A DNA stretch of 64,000 bases, from NCBI GenBank assembly GCA_963741095.1, contig CAVUGN010000004.1:1-64000 (forward strand), written 5' to 3'. The position numbers and the translations under genes are program-made. This DNA is from an uncultured Candidatus Micrarchaeota archaeon. GTDB lineage: Archaea; Micrarchaeota; Micrarchaeia; Micrarchaeales; Micrarchaeaceae. Shown piece after piece: positions 28,790-39,123 of the stretch. How positions within the stretch are numbered: position 1 is the stretch's first letter; the number at the start of each line of letters is the position of its first letter. The notes beneath the pieces are model-generated. The model did not search any database, was not told the DNA's origin, and saw nothing but the letters and a program-made list of their open reading frames with translations.

Positions 28790-29323
28790 TCACGGATGCA
28801 GATTCGAAGAAGCCACCTTCTGGGTAACCGATGCAATCACAGTCTGGCTAATCCCGGTGTTTATGCTCGTGTAGTTCACCATGAGATACCCATTGAAGAT
28901 GATCTTGCCCACGCTGCCTGTGAACGGGGTGCTGCCCGAATAGCACTGGACATAAGTGGTCATGTTGTTGCCTATCGGCAGGAAGACGTTGTAAGTCATC
29001 ATGTTCGCGGTCGAGGCCACGGTGTTGCAGCCTATCGCTGTCACGTATATCGGCGAAGATGTGGACTGCCCAAGAGTGAATGCAAAGTTCCCTGAAGTAA
29101 ACATCGTGGTGTTGGTGCAAACGAAGTCGCCCTGTGGCGTGCACCTGTTGTTCGTGAAGGATGTCGGATTGCCAATGCCCAGGGTGTAGAGCGCGCCCAC
29201 CACAATGACCAGCACGATCAGCATCCAGCTGTAGGTTATGAAATACTCCATGGCTCCCTGCGCCCTGTGACTGCTCTCGAGAAAACGGCCGCTGCGGGCA
29301 TCGCCAAGCGATGATGTCTCCAT
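28790..29323 (-). CDS. Type IV pilin-like protein (class III signal peptide)
   Basis: RAQ/GAMEYFITYSW plus hydrophobic helix; Cys-containing Thr/Ser-rich domain; start at METSS. Confidence 0.8.
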   Translation of the reverse strand: METSSLGDARSGRFLESSHRAQGAMEYFITYSWMLIVLVIVVGALYTLGIGNPTSFTNNRCTPQGDFVCTNTTMFTSGNFAFTLGQSTSSPIYVTAIGCNTVASTANMMTYNVFLPIGNNMTTYVQCYSGSTPFTGSVGKIIFNGYLMVNYTSINTGISQTVIASVTQKVASSNLHP

Positions 29324-29442
29324 TACAAATCTGGAATATATGGGTTGAAGCTTTAATAAACGTGTGGAGATCGCTTGCCGGCCTTGAACTCGGCGCACAT
29401 GCATGATATTTATAAATATGCTGAAAAGCTGTATGGAGCCGC

Positions 29443-32400
29443 ATGCATCATCAAAAACAACAGTCTGCTCTTGAGTTCATCTCTGTGTATTCCTGGGCAA
29501 TACTGATAGTGGCTCTCTTCCTCGGCATCATCGCCGTGCTCGCGCTGTCCAAAACCCCGGTCAGCAACCTCTCCTCCGCATGCAACATACAGCCCTCGCT
29601 TCCGTGCCTTGGTTCGGCCCTTTCGTACAACGCCATCAATCCGCTGCATCTGGAGATCATCTTCGTCAACAACCTCGGGGTTACAATGTCCTTCCCGTCC
29701 AACGGATTCAACGTCTCGACGACAAACGTCGGTTCTCCAGGCTTGGCGTACAACATAGGGAACTGCACGCCTTCCATCGCGCTGCAGGGCACCCCGGTGA
29801 TCTGCCAGGCAACCTTATCCGGCACGCTGACGCCCCAAACCGGTTCGCAGGCTACAACACTGTTCACATTCAGCTACCAGCTGTGCAAGAACAACAACCC
29901 ATCATCCTGCCAGGGCACAATCTACAAGTCCACCGGCACCTCCCTGCAGACTGTTGCGCTGTCCAATACCGGACTGTACAAGATAACCTTCCAGACCAAC
30001 ACCGGCAACGGCGGCATAGTCATCAACGGCGTGACCTACGTCAACAACGTCATCTCCTATTTCACGGCTGGCACCTACAACGCGTTCGCGGTCCCCCCGC
30101 CGAGCTATAGCTTCTCGGGCTGGTCCATAAGCTCTCCATCGTCCACTCTTTCCACCACCCTGCTGCAGGCGACTGTGCTCACTCTCAACTCCAACGCGGT
30201 GCTGACCGCGTCCTTCGCGCCATCAATCGGCATACTGCTGACCACGCCCACCATCTCTTCGCCCAACACGATAGTTACTGGAGGCAGCGCAACGCTAACC
30301 ACAACATGGTCGCGCGGAACCCCCACATACACCACCAAGTGGTACAGCGGACCTTCATCCACCTGCACTTCTGACACAACCCTTCTTGCAACGTATCCTG
30401 GATTGAATGCGTACACCAACTCGATAACAGTGACACCAGGTTCGTCGACATACTACTGCTCTGTCGTGACCGATTCCGCGACCATACCCTCGATGCTATC
30501 CTCTCCGACGACGCTTGTGACCGTCACGGCTCCGCCTGCAATAACCGCCGTGACCCTAGTCCCATCCAACTACATAGTCGACGCGGGCCAAACTGAAGTT
30601 TATACTGGTACGGTCACCGGAGGCACGGCTTCATACACCTTCAACTATTACAACGTAACCGGGAGCAAGACGCTGAACCAGTACACCTCCGTCCCTTCCA
30701 CAGCTAACACGTACACCTTCACCATAGGAACCTCTGCGGGCTCGTTCACCTACAACCTCCTTATGACTGATTCCTACTCGATGACCGGGAACTCCATTGT
30801 CAACACCATTGTAGTCCACATCGCACAGACGCCCGGCCTTCTGACGGAATCCAACACGGTGGTAAACGCCGGCGGGGTCTCGCTTCTCACGGCAGGTGCA
30901 ACATCAGGCGGCACTTCGCCATACACCTATAATTGGTTCAATGCAGCGAACTGCGGCGGCACGAACATAGGCTCCGGCTCGACGCTGCTCGTCAATCCAG
31001 CATCGACGACGATATACAGCTTCAACAGCGCCGACTCCGCGTCGACCAGCAACGTCGTCTGCAGCGCGTCGAACACAGTCACTGTGACAACGCCGATATA
31101 CACGATACTCACTGTAGCGCCCCCAGCAAATGCACTTCCAGCATACGCCGGAAGCTTCAACGGAGTGAGCAGTTATATCACGCTACCAGGCGGCCAAACA
31201 TTGCTTGGCGCCACTCCGACTTCCGGCACCGTATCATTATGGGCCAATATGTTTGCGTATCCCGCAAATACGGTGCAGTACCAAAACGATGAAGAAATGC
31301 TTTTTGCCATAGCAAAAACCCAAGGCAATGGCTATTCTGACGGCTATAACACAATAGCTATAACTATACCGTGGAACAATCACAACACCTTCTGGTGGGC
31401 TCTGGCCGGCACGGGCGAAGGCGGCGTTTCTGTAGGCACTGCTTCCCTGAATCAATGGTACCTCCTGACGCTTACATTCAATTCCGTCGGTGGCGAGGTA
31501 TACATCAACGGCGCACCTGTGGGGGCGATAGGCGCCCATGGTACAATTACACTCGATTCGAACCCCGGGTACATCAGTTACTGGCACTCTGGCGCTCCAC
31601 AAGATTTCAACGGCGTCATCTCAAACGTCCAGCTCTACAACACCGCACTTTCGGCGGGCCAAGTGGCTAACCTATACTCTGAAGGCATAGGTGGGACTCC
31701 GATTGCTTCGGCTGGCAACATCGGCTGGTGGTCGCTCAACAACAACGCCAACGACGGCAGCGGCAGCGGCAACAACGGCGCTGCGACTAACGTGGCCTAC
31801 ACAGCCAACTACCTCAACAGCTACATAGTGCCGGTATCCAACGTCGCTCTTGATATCGGGCAGTCCATAACCCTTACCGGAGCGACCACCGACACTGCAA
31901 CGCCTTATTCCTACAACTACATAATCAGCAACGCGATCACCAGTGCAATCCTCGCGAGCACGCTGTACTCCTCTTGCTCGCTTACAAAGAACACCCTCAT
32001 ATGGACTCCGGCCGCAGCGTGGGCGGGCAATGTAGTGAATGCCAATGTCATAGTAAAAGATAACAGTGCAGTCACGTCGAACTCGGTCGATAGCGGCAAC
32101 ATAATAATAAATTCGGCCCTTTCGCCGAGCACGATAACACCCGCATCGCCCACGATAGACAACGGACAGTGCGTGGCCCTGAACTCCAACCCGCCATTCG
32201 GCGGCACCTCGCCGTACACTTACAATTGGTACACCGGTGTTGGGTGCACAACCCCGGTCGGGGTGTACACGTCAACGTACACTCCATGCCCGACCTCGCT
32301 GACAACATACTACTATAAGGTGGGGGACAGCGCGAAGGTTCCGACATCCGCCTGCTCTGCCGGCGACCCCGTCACGGTCAATTCGATATTGTACGCTAAT

Positions 32401-35400
32401 GTCATAACTCCAACATCTCCATCCATAGACCTGGGGCAACCAATCACGCTCACCTCCAACGCTGCAGGCGGCAGCCCGCCTTACACGGTGTACTGGTACT
32501 CGCAGGCCCTCTGCTCGGGCACTCTGCTTAACACCGGAACCAGCTACACCTTCAGCCCCACCACGTCAAACACCTACTATTACAAGGTCGTCGACCAGAC
32601 TGCGGCATTCAACTGCATCTCAACTGGCGACACCGTGACGGTCGACCCAACTCTGTTCGCCAACTCGATAACCCCGCCTTCGGCCACAATAGACAGCGGG
32701 ATGGGTGTGCTGCTCACCTCCAACGCGGCTGGTGGCACTCCATCATTGACGATAAACTGGTTCAGCCAGGCAAGCTGCGGAGGCGCATCGCAAGCCACGG
32801 GAACCACATATACGCCCAGCCCGGCATCGACCACGACGTACACCTACAACGTTGTCGATTCGGCATACTCCAAAGTATCGCAATGCTCGGCGAACGACGT
32901 GATAACGGTCAACCCGGTGCTTCTCGCCAATGCGATAACCCCCGCATCCCCCAAACTCGATCTCGGCCAGTCAGTCACGCTCACTGCCAATCCGGCAGGC
33001 GGCAGCCCTGCGTACACGATAAACTGGTACATACAGGCTCTCTGCTCCGGCGCAGTTGTCAACACCGGTTCGCCGTACGCCTTCACTCCGATAGCGTCAA
33101 ACACGTATTACTACAAGGTGACCGACCAGGCATCAGCTTTCAACTGCCTGGGCACCGGAGATATCCTCACAGTCAATAGCGTGCAGGTGGTCGGCCTTCT
33201 GACCGAATCGAACACCGTGATAAACAGCGGCGGCGTCTCCCTGCTCACTGCAGCTGCAACGACCGGCGGCACTCCGCCGTACACCTACAACTGGTTCAAT
33301 GCTGCCAATTGCGGCGGCACTAACATAGGCTCCGGTTCGACGCTGCTCGTCAATCCGGCATCAACGACGATCTACAGCTTCAACAGCGTCGATTCGGCGA
33401 CGACGAAGAACGTCGTCTGCAGCGCGTCCAACACGGTCACGGTATCCAGTGCAGTGCAGCCTCCGATATACACAATAATCACGACATCGCCACCAGGAAG
33501 CACTCTCCCGGCTTACGTGGCAAGCTTCAACGGCCTGAGCACCAACATCACTGCTGGCCACGGCGCGTCACTGAATTTGCAAAATGCATTCACGTTATCC
33601 GGATGGGTCTATTACAACGGTTTGCCTCAGGACGATGCAATAATGTACAAAGTGTCCAATCCAAGCGCCTTCGAACCACAATACGGGCTTGGCGCATCCG
33701 ACCAAAACATGGGTGGCGGCACCCCAACAAGCGATACGAGCGTTTTCTATGGCACTGCAAGCACCAGATACAACACCGCCGGCTACGCCGTGAGCCCGAA
33801 CACGTGGATGCAGCAAACCGCAACATACGACGGGTCGACCATCAAACTCTATATGAACGGCGTATACACTGGCGTGTCCAGTTCTGTTTCGGCACCCATT
33901 GATTCATCATCCACTGGCAACCTAATCTTCGGGTCGCGCCCAGTATCAAGCTATATGTGGTTCAACGGTCTCATGTCTGATTTCCAGATCTACAACATCG
34001 CGCTTACACCGGCGCAGGTATCAAGCTTATACGCAGAGGGCATCGGCGGTACTCCCCTTGTGCCAGCCAGTACCGCGGGATGGTGGAAGTTCAATGGCGA
34101 CGCGAACGACTACTCTGGCAACGGCAATAACGGGATGAACTTCGGAACAACAAATGTCATCTACCCGTCAAACTACATTGCCAACTACATAGTGCCAACG
34201 CCAAATGTCGCGCTTGACATAGGTCAATCAATCACCTTCACCGGAGCCACTACCGACACAGTGTCGCCTTACTCCTACAACTACATAATCTCAAACTCCG
34301 TGACGAACGCGCAGATCTCAAGCAATCTGTTCACCTCATGCACGCTGACAACAAACACCTTCGTATGGACTCCTGCGTCAAGCCTCATCGGGAACACCGT
34401 GCAGGGCAACGTGATAGTGAAGGACAACAGTGCGGCAACCTCTAACTCAGTGAAATCCGGCATAATAACAATAAATCCTGCGCTGCAAACCGCGAAGGCC
34501 GCAAATTTCAACAACATACTGAACAGCTACATACAAATGGCAGACACGGGCCTGCCGTTCGGCAACAGCGCAAGATCGGTGTTCGTTTGGGTGTACATCA
34601 CAAGTAAGGGCGATGCCTACACTGTGCACGAATACGGCATAACACAGTCGAACGGGCCAAACCAGCAATCCAACCTCGTGGCAGATTGCAGCACCGGAAC
34701 GTGTTATCCAAGACTCGAAATGTATACCTCCAATGATTTTGATGCCGGTTCGCTTACGATACCCCTTAATACGTGGACGCTTGTCGGGTACACCTACAAC
34801 GGCGTTGCAGGAACGCTCTACGTCAACACTGGTTCATACAGCCAATCATTCGGTCCGTTGATCACGGCATCATCTGGCTATGCCTATCTCGGCCTTACAG
34901 ACTGGGAATGGGGCAACTGGTTCCCAGGTGCCATGTCAAATCTACAGATATACAACACCGCGCTTACCCCAATACAGGAAGCAAGCTTATACGCTGCGGG
35001 CATGGGCGGCACCCCTGTCCTGCCGTCGAGCCTTGTTGGATGGTTCCCGCTCAACGGCAACTCGATCGACTATTCCGGTAGCGGCAACAACGGCGCAGAT
35101 TCAAATATGGCGTACGTAAGCTCGATAACGGCATCGAACGCTCCAACAGTAACTGCCGGTCAATACGAGCTCTTCCAGGCATCATGGATAGGCGGTACCT
35201 CGCCCTATTCGGCAAACTTCGTCGTATCCAACACGGTAACAGGAACAGTCTTGACTTCGCAGCTCTACACCGGCATAACCGGAACATCCAACTCGTTAAG
35301 TTACCAAATACCTGGCGCATGGGTGGGGAACACCATTGCGGTAAACGTCGTGATAACGGACAGCGCGTCGAACCCCATGACCATAAACTCCGTCAAAAGC

Positions 35401-37368
35401 AATACCATCACTGTAGCCTCATCAGTGCTGCCTCCGATATACACGATACTCACTGTAGCGCCCCCAGCAAATGCACTTCCAGCATACGCCGGAAGCTTCA
35501 ACGGAGTGAGCAGTTATATCACGCTACCAGGCGGCCAAACATTGCTTGGCGCCACTCCGACTTCCGGCACCGTATCATTATGGGCCAATATGTTTGCGTA
35601 TCCCGCAAATACGGTGCAGTACCAAAACGATGAAGAAATGCTTTTTGCCATAGCAAAAACCCAAGGCAATGGCTATTCTGACGGCTATAACACAATAGCT
35701 ATAACTATACCGTGGAACAATCACAACACCTTCTGGTGGGCTCTGGCCGGCACGGGCGAAGGCGGCGTTTCTGTAGGCACTGCTTCCCTGAATCAATGGT
35801 ACCTCCTGACGCTTACATTCAATTCCGTCGGTGGCGAGGTATACATCAACGGCGCACCTGTGGGGGCGATAGGCGCCCATGGTACAATTACACTCGATTC
35901 GAACCCCGGGTACATCAGTTACTGGCACTCTGGCGCTCCACAAGATTTCAACGGCGTCATCTCAAACGTCCAGCTCTACAACACCGCACTTTCGGCGGGC
36001 CAAGTGGCTAACCTATACTCTGAAGGCATAGGTGGGACTCCGATTGCTTCGGCTGGCAACATCGGCTGGTGGTCGCTCAACAACAACGCCAACGACGGCA
36101 GCGGCAGCGGCAACAACGGCGCTGCGACTAACGTGGCCTACACAGCCAACTACCTCAACAGCTACATAGTGCCGGTATCCAACGTCGCTCTTGATATCGG
36201 GCAGTCCATAACCCTTACCGGAGCGACCACCGACACTGCAACGCCTTATTCCTACAACTACATAATCAGCAACGCGATCACCAGTGCAATCCTCGCGAGC
36301 ACGCTGTACTCCTCTTGCACGCTGACCACTAACACTCTAGTGTGGACACCAGCAGCCAACCTGGTTGGAAATGTGGTGAAGGCCAACGTCGTAGTGATAG
36401 ACACCAGCGCAATTGCGTCGAACTCGCTGAAGACGGGCAACGTGATAATAAATCCTGCGCTGCTGTCGGTATCGACCGCCAACTTCAATGGCATAAACAG
36501 CCTTATCAGCATACCCGCAACGAAAATCGCGAACACGATGTCCCTCTCCGCCTGGTTCTACTACGCGGGAGACACGGGTGCGTCTGAGGACATATTCGCA
36601 ATATCCTCCGGGGACATATTCTCGCCGTACGTCGCGACCAGCACGCACGTGCTCTGCGCGGACCTCGAATGGTACACCAACGGCTACACCTATTACTGCG
36701 AAGGAGCCACGGTGACCCCCAACACCTGGTACCATCTCGTGATAACCTACGATAAAGTCAATATACGCGGATATGTGAACGGCGTTGCCGGGACCGTCAC
36801 TCCGAATTCGCTCGGATTCAACGGCGTGTCGTACAGCCCATACATCGGTGGCATCGGCCAACAGGTATATTGGAAGGGCAATCTCGCCAACATCCAGCTC
36901 TACAACGCAGTCCTTACGGCTGGCCAGATTTCAAGTCTTTACGCCGAGGGCATAAACGGCGCTCCAATCCTGCCAGGCAACGACGTCGGCTGGTGGCCCC
37001 TCAACGGCAACGCAGTCGACCTGAGCGGTAAGGGTCTCACCGGCACTCCGACCAACGTCGTGTTCTCTAGCTCTTCTGCAAACTCCGTGACGGTAACCCA
37101 CGGGCAAAACGAGTTCTTCCAGACCACATGGACTGGCGGCACTCCACCCTATTCGGCAAACTACGTCATATCCAATACGGTCACCAAAACTGTCCTGGCG
37201 TCGCAGCTGTACTCCGGCATCCCCTCTGGGTTGACATTCAATACGTTGCTGTACCCAATACCTGCGGCATGGGCAGGCAACACCATCACAGTAAACGTCA
37301 TAATTACGGACAGCGCATCAATACCCATGACCATAAACGGAATCAGCAATACGCTAAAGATCACCTAA
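29443..37368 (+). CDS. Giant pilin-anchored surface adhesin with five LamG/ConA-like domains and Ig-like repeats
   Basis: KQQ/SALEF class III signal; five F.G..S..Q.YN.AL...GWW/WF.(L/F)N...D.SG motifs; GG..PY.Y.W Ig-like repeats. Confidence 0.9.
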   Translation: MHHQKQQSALEFISVYSWAILIVALFLGIIAVLALSKTPVSNLSSACNIQPSLPCLGSALSYNAINPLHLEIIFVNNLGVTMSFPSNGFNVSTTNVGSPGLAYNIGNCTPSIALQGTPVICQATLSGTLTPQTGSQATTLFTFSYQLCKNNNPSSCQGTIYKSTGTSLQTVALSNTGLYKITFQTNTGNGGIVINGVTYVNNVISYFTAGTYNAFAVPPPSYSFSGWSISSPSSTLSTTLLQATVLTLNSNAVLTASFAPSIGILLTTPTISSPNTIVTGGSATLTTTWSRGTPTYTTKWYSGPSSTCTSDTTLLATYPGLNAYTNSITVTPGSSTYYCSVVTDSATIPSMLSSPTTLVTVTAPPAITAVTLVPSNYIVDAGQTEVYTGTVTGGTASYTFNYYNVTGSKTLNQYTSVPSTANTYTFTIGTSAGSFTYNLLMTDSYSMTGNSIVNTIVVHIAQTPGLLTESNTVVNAGGVSLLTAGATSGGTSPYTYNWFNAANCGGTNIGSGSTLLVNPASTTIYSFNSADSASTSNVVCSASNTVTVTTPIYTILTVAPPANALPAYAGSFNGVSSYITLPGGQTLLGATPTSGTVSLWANMFAYPANTVQYQNDEEMLFAIAKTQGNGYSDGYNTIAITIPWNNHNTFWWALAGTGEGGVSVGTASLNQWYLLTLTFNSVGGEVYINGAPVGAIGAHGTITLDSNPGYISYWHSGAPQDFNGVISNVQLYNTALSAGQVANLYSEGIGGTPIASAGNIGWWSLNNNANDGSGSGNNGAATNVAYTANYLNSYIVPVSNVALDIGQSITLTGATTDTATPYSYNYIISNAITSAILASTLYSSCSLTKNTLIWTPAAAWAGNVVNANVIVKDNSAVTSNSVDSGNIIINSALSPSTITPASPTIDNGQCVALNSNPPFGGTSPYTYNWYTGVGCTTPVGVYTSTYTPCPTSLTTYYYKVGDSAKVPTSACSAGDPVTVNSILYANVITPTSPSIDLGQPITLTSNAAGGSPPYTVYWYSQALCSGTLLNTGTSYTFSPTTSNTYYYKVVDQTAAFNCISTGDTVTVDPTLFANSITPPSATIDSGMGVLLTSNAAGGTPSLTINWFSQASCGGASQATGTTYTPSPASTTTYTYNVVDSAYSKVSQCSANDVITVNPVLLANAITPASPKLDLGQSVTLTANPAGGSPAYTINWYIQALCSGAVVNTGSPYAFTPIASNTYYYKVTDQASAFNCLGTGDILTVNSVQVVGLLTESNTVINSGGVSLLTAAATTGGTPPYTYNWFNAANCGGTNIGSGSTLLVNPASTTIYSFNSVDSATTKNVVCSASNTVTVSSAVQPPIYTIITTSPPGSTLPAYVASFNGLSTNITAGHGASLNLQNAFTLSGWVYYNGLPQDDAIMYKVSNPSAFEPQYGLGASDQNMGGGTPTSDTSVFYGTASTRYNTAGYAVSPNTWMQQTATYDGSTIKLYMNGVYTGVSSSVSAPIDSSSTGNLIFGSRPVSSYMWFNGLMSDFQIYNIALTPAQVSSLYAEGIGGTPLVPASTAGWWKFNGDANDYSGNGNNGMNFGTTNVIYPSNYIANYIVPTPNVALDIGQSITFTGATTDTVSPYSYNYIISNSVTNAQISSNLFTSCTLTTNTFVWTPASSLIGNTVQGNVIVKDNSAATSNSVKSGIITINPALQTAKAANFNNILNSYIQMADTGLPFGNSARSVFVWVYITSKGDAYTVHEYGITQSNGPNQQSNLVADCSTGTCYPRLEMYTSNDFDAGSLTIPLNTWTLVGYTYNGVAGTLYVNTGSYSQSFGPLITASSGYAYLGLTDWEWGNWFPGAMSNLQIYNTALTPIQEASLYAAGMGGTPVLPSSLVGWFPLNGNSIDYSGSGNNGADSNMAYVSSITASNAPTVTAGQYELFQASWIGGTSPYSANFVVSNTVTGTVLTSQLYTGITGTSNSLSYQIPGAWVGNTIAVNVVITDSASNPMTINSVKSNTITVASSVLPPIYTILTVAPPANALPAYAGSFNGVSSYITLPGGQTLLGATPTSGTVSLWANMFAYPANTVQYQNDEEMLFAIAKTQGNGYSDGYNTIAITIPWNNHNTFWWALAGTGEGGVSVGTASLNQWYLLTLTFNSVGGEVYINGAPVGAIGAHGTITLDSNPGYISYWHSGAPQDFNGVISNVQLYNTALSAGQVANLYSEGIGGTPIASAGNIGWWSLNNNANDGSGSGNNGAATNVAYTANYLNSYIVPVSNVALDIGQSITLTGATTDTATPYSYNYIISNAITSAILASTLYSSCTLTTNTLVWTPAANLVGNVVKANVVVIDTSAIASNSLKTGNVIINPALLSVSTANFNGINSLISIPATKIANTMSLSAWFYYAGDTGASEDIFAISSGDIFSPYVATSTHVLCADLEWYTNGYTYYCEGATVTPNTWYHLVITYDKVNIRGYVNGVAGTVTPNSLGFNGVSYSPYIGGIGQQVYWKGNLANIQLYNAVLTAGQISSLYAEGINGAPILPGNDVGWWPLNGNAVDLSGKGLTGTPTNVVFSSSSANSVTVTHGQNEFFQTTWTGGTPPYSANYVISNTVTKTVLASQLYSGIPSGLTFNTLLYPIPAAWAGNTITVNVIITDSASIPMTINGISNTLKIT
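31093..31977 (+). repeat. 885-bp direct repeat, copy 1 (LamG cassette)
   Basis: Matches 35434..36318 at offset 4341; overlapping alternative-frame ORFs are identical in both copies. Confidence 0.95.
35434..36318 (+). repeat. 885-bp direct repeat, copy 2 (LamG cassette)
   Basis: Matches 31093..31977. Confidence 0.95.
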
Positions 37369-37456
37369 GGCAATTAGTCAGTTATCCGGTATGCAAGTCC
37401 CCATTAACGATACCTCATCCACCTAGATTAAATTCTTATCAGTCAATCATATCAAT

Positions 37457-38329
37457 ATGAACAAACTATCTGCCGTGATGCGACTTACGAGGATAGAGCA
37501 CAGCGTGATGCTCGTTATCGCGGTTGTCGCAGCGGAGCTCATAGTCAGCGGGCTTCCTTCGCCTTACATACTTCTGCTCAGCTTAATTGCCCCGATATTC
37601 ATAAGCATGGGCGCCTTCGCGATAAACGACTACTTCGACGTCGCCGCGGACAGGGCCAACGGAAGGACCGACAGGCCCATAGTCAACGGCTCGATAAGCA
37701 AAAAAGAGGCCTTTCGGATATCAATCGCATGCACCCTGATAGGCATTGCAGGAAGCCTGTTCATCAATGTCTACGCGTTCTCTATCTCGATAATCTTCGG
37801 GCTCCTTGCCTTCCTATATGCGTATCGGCTGAAAAACATGCTGATACTGGGCAACGCCTACATAGCGTTGTCGATGGTGATACCTTTCATATACGGCAGC
37901 TACGTCGCCGCTAGCGGCGTGAATGGGAACATAATACTCATAAGCTTCGTCATCTTCCTGAGCGGCTTCGCGCGCGAGATACATGGGATGATAAGGGACT
38001 ATGCTGGGGACGTGAAGGAAAGGCACGTCAAGAATCTCATTTACCACGTCGGAACTGCCCGTTCTGCATACCTGGCGGCGATACTCTATGTAGAGGCGAT
38101 CGCGATAAGCCTGTTCATATTCGTCTATGAATCCCCCTTCCAATACAATCTTGCCTACCTTGCCCCGATATTGGTGGTTGATGCGATGCTCCTTTATGTC
38201 GCGATCGGATACATGCGCGTCAAGAACACAAGGAGCTTCTTCAAGCTTTCAAGGAACCTGAGCCTAGGAGCGATGGCTCTGGCTCTTGTGATATACCTTA
38301 TAGTGCCGCTGCTCTTCGTGCCGATATAG
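37457..38329 (+). CDS. UbiA-family prenyltransferase, probable digeranylgeranylglyceryl phosphate synthase
   Basis: INDYFD...DR.N.R.DRPI..G, REI...IRD..GD. Confidence 0.88.
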   Translation: MNKLSAVMRLTRIEHSVMLVIAVVAAELIVSGLPSPYILLLSLIAPIFISMGAFAINDYFDVAADRANGRTDRPIVNGSISKKEAFRISIACTLIGIAGSLFINVYAFSISIIFGLLAFLYAYRLKNMLILGNAYIALSMVIPFIYGSYVAASGVNGNIILISFVIFLSGFAREIHGMIRDYAGDVKERHVKNLIYHVGTARSAYLAAILYVEAIAISLFIFVYESPFQYNLAYLAPILVVDAMLLYVAIGYMRVKNTRSFFKLSRNLSLGAMALALVIYLIVPLLFVPI

Positions 38330-38349
38330 AACGAGTGCCTTACTGAGGG

Positions 38350-38991
38350 TTATTGCCTTTCCTGGCGTTCGGGCTTCATCGGCTTCATGTCCATCTTGGC
38401 CTCGAAGTCGCCTACATTGTACTTGAACTCCTCGTTGCTCTTTATGTCCCCTCTCGCCTTCATGCTCTCCCTTGCGAGAAGATAGTAGATGAACGCGAGC
38501 GACCTCCTTCCCCTGTTGTTTGAAGGAATGATAAGGTCGATGAACTTAGTAGAATTGTCGGTGTCGCTCAATGCGATTATGGGCATGTCGACCTTGCTTG
38601 CCTCCTTTATCGCCTGCTTCTCGTTCCTCGAATCGCTGATGAGTATGAGCTTGGGTTCCATGAAGTCCTCCCTGTTCGGGTTTGTGAAGACCCCGGGGGT
38701 GACTCTTCCCTTTATGAAACGCGCGTTTATTATCTCGGCGAACTTCTGCGCTGCTACTATGGCGTATATTCTTGATGCAGTGACAACGATGTCCTGCGGC
38801 TTGTACCTTGCTATCATCGCCGCGGCGACCTTTATCCTGTTGTCTATGGTCTTGAGGTCCAGGAGGTACAGTCCGTCCTCCCTGACGCGGTATATGAACT
38901 TCTTCATGCCAGGGCTCTTGACCTTCGTCGCAATGTGTATGCCTGCCTCTAAGTATTCATTCTGGTTTGCCAATAATTGTTCTTCGCTCAT
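38350..38991 (-). CDS. rps2: 30S ribosomal protein S2
   Basis: YLEAGIHI, PG.FTNP, DTDN, IP.NNRG. Confidence 0.96.
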   Translation of the reverse strand: MSEEQLLANQNEYLEAGIHIATKVKSPGMKKFIYRVREDGLYLLDLKTIDNRIKVAAAMIARYKPQDIVVTASRIYAIVAAQKFAEIINARFIKGRVTPGVFTNPNREDFMEPKLILISDSRNEKQAIKEASKVDMPIIALSDTDNSTKFIDLIIPSNNRGRRSLAFIYYLLARESMKARGDIKSNEEFKYNVGDFEAKMDMKPMKPERQERQ

Positions 38992-39123
38992 CGAAAGCAC
39001 CGAAAAGGAAACTCATTTCTCCAAAAGGAAAAATTAAGTATAAAGTTATAGTATGAAAGACTATAAAAAGATGACCTCGGAAGCCCGAATGCCCAGTCCA
39101 TGCCGTCTCATAATGAAGCAGAC

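Noticed and set aside
31093-36318. Repeat pair as a diversity-generating retroelement TR/VR
   Set aside because: The copies are far longer than typical TR/VR, show no adenine-specific mismatches, both lie in the same CDS, and no reverse transcriptase is in the window.
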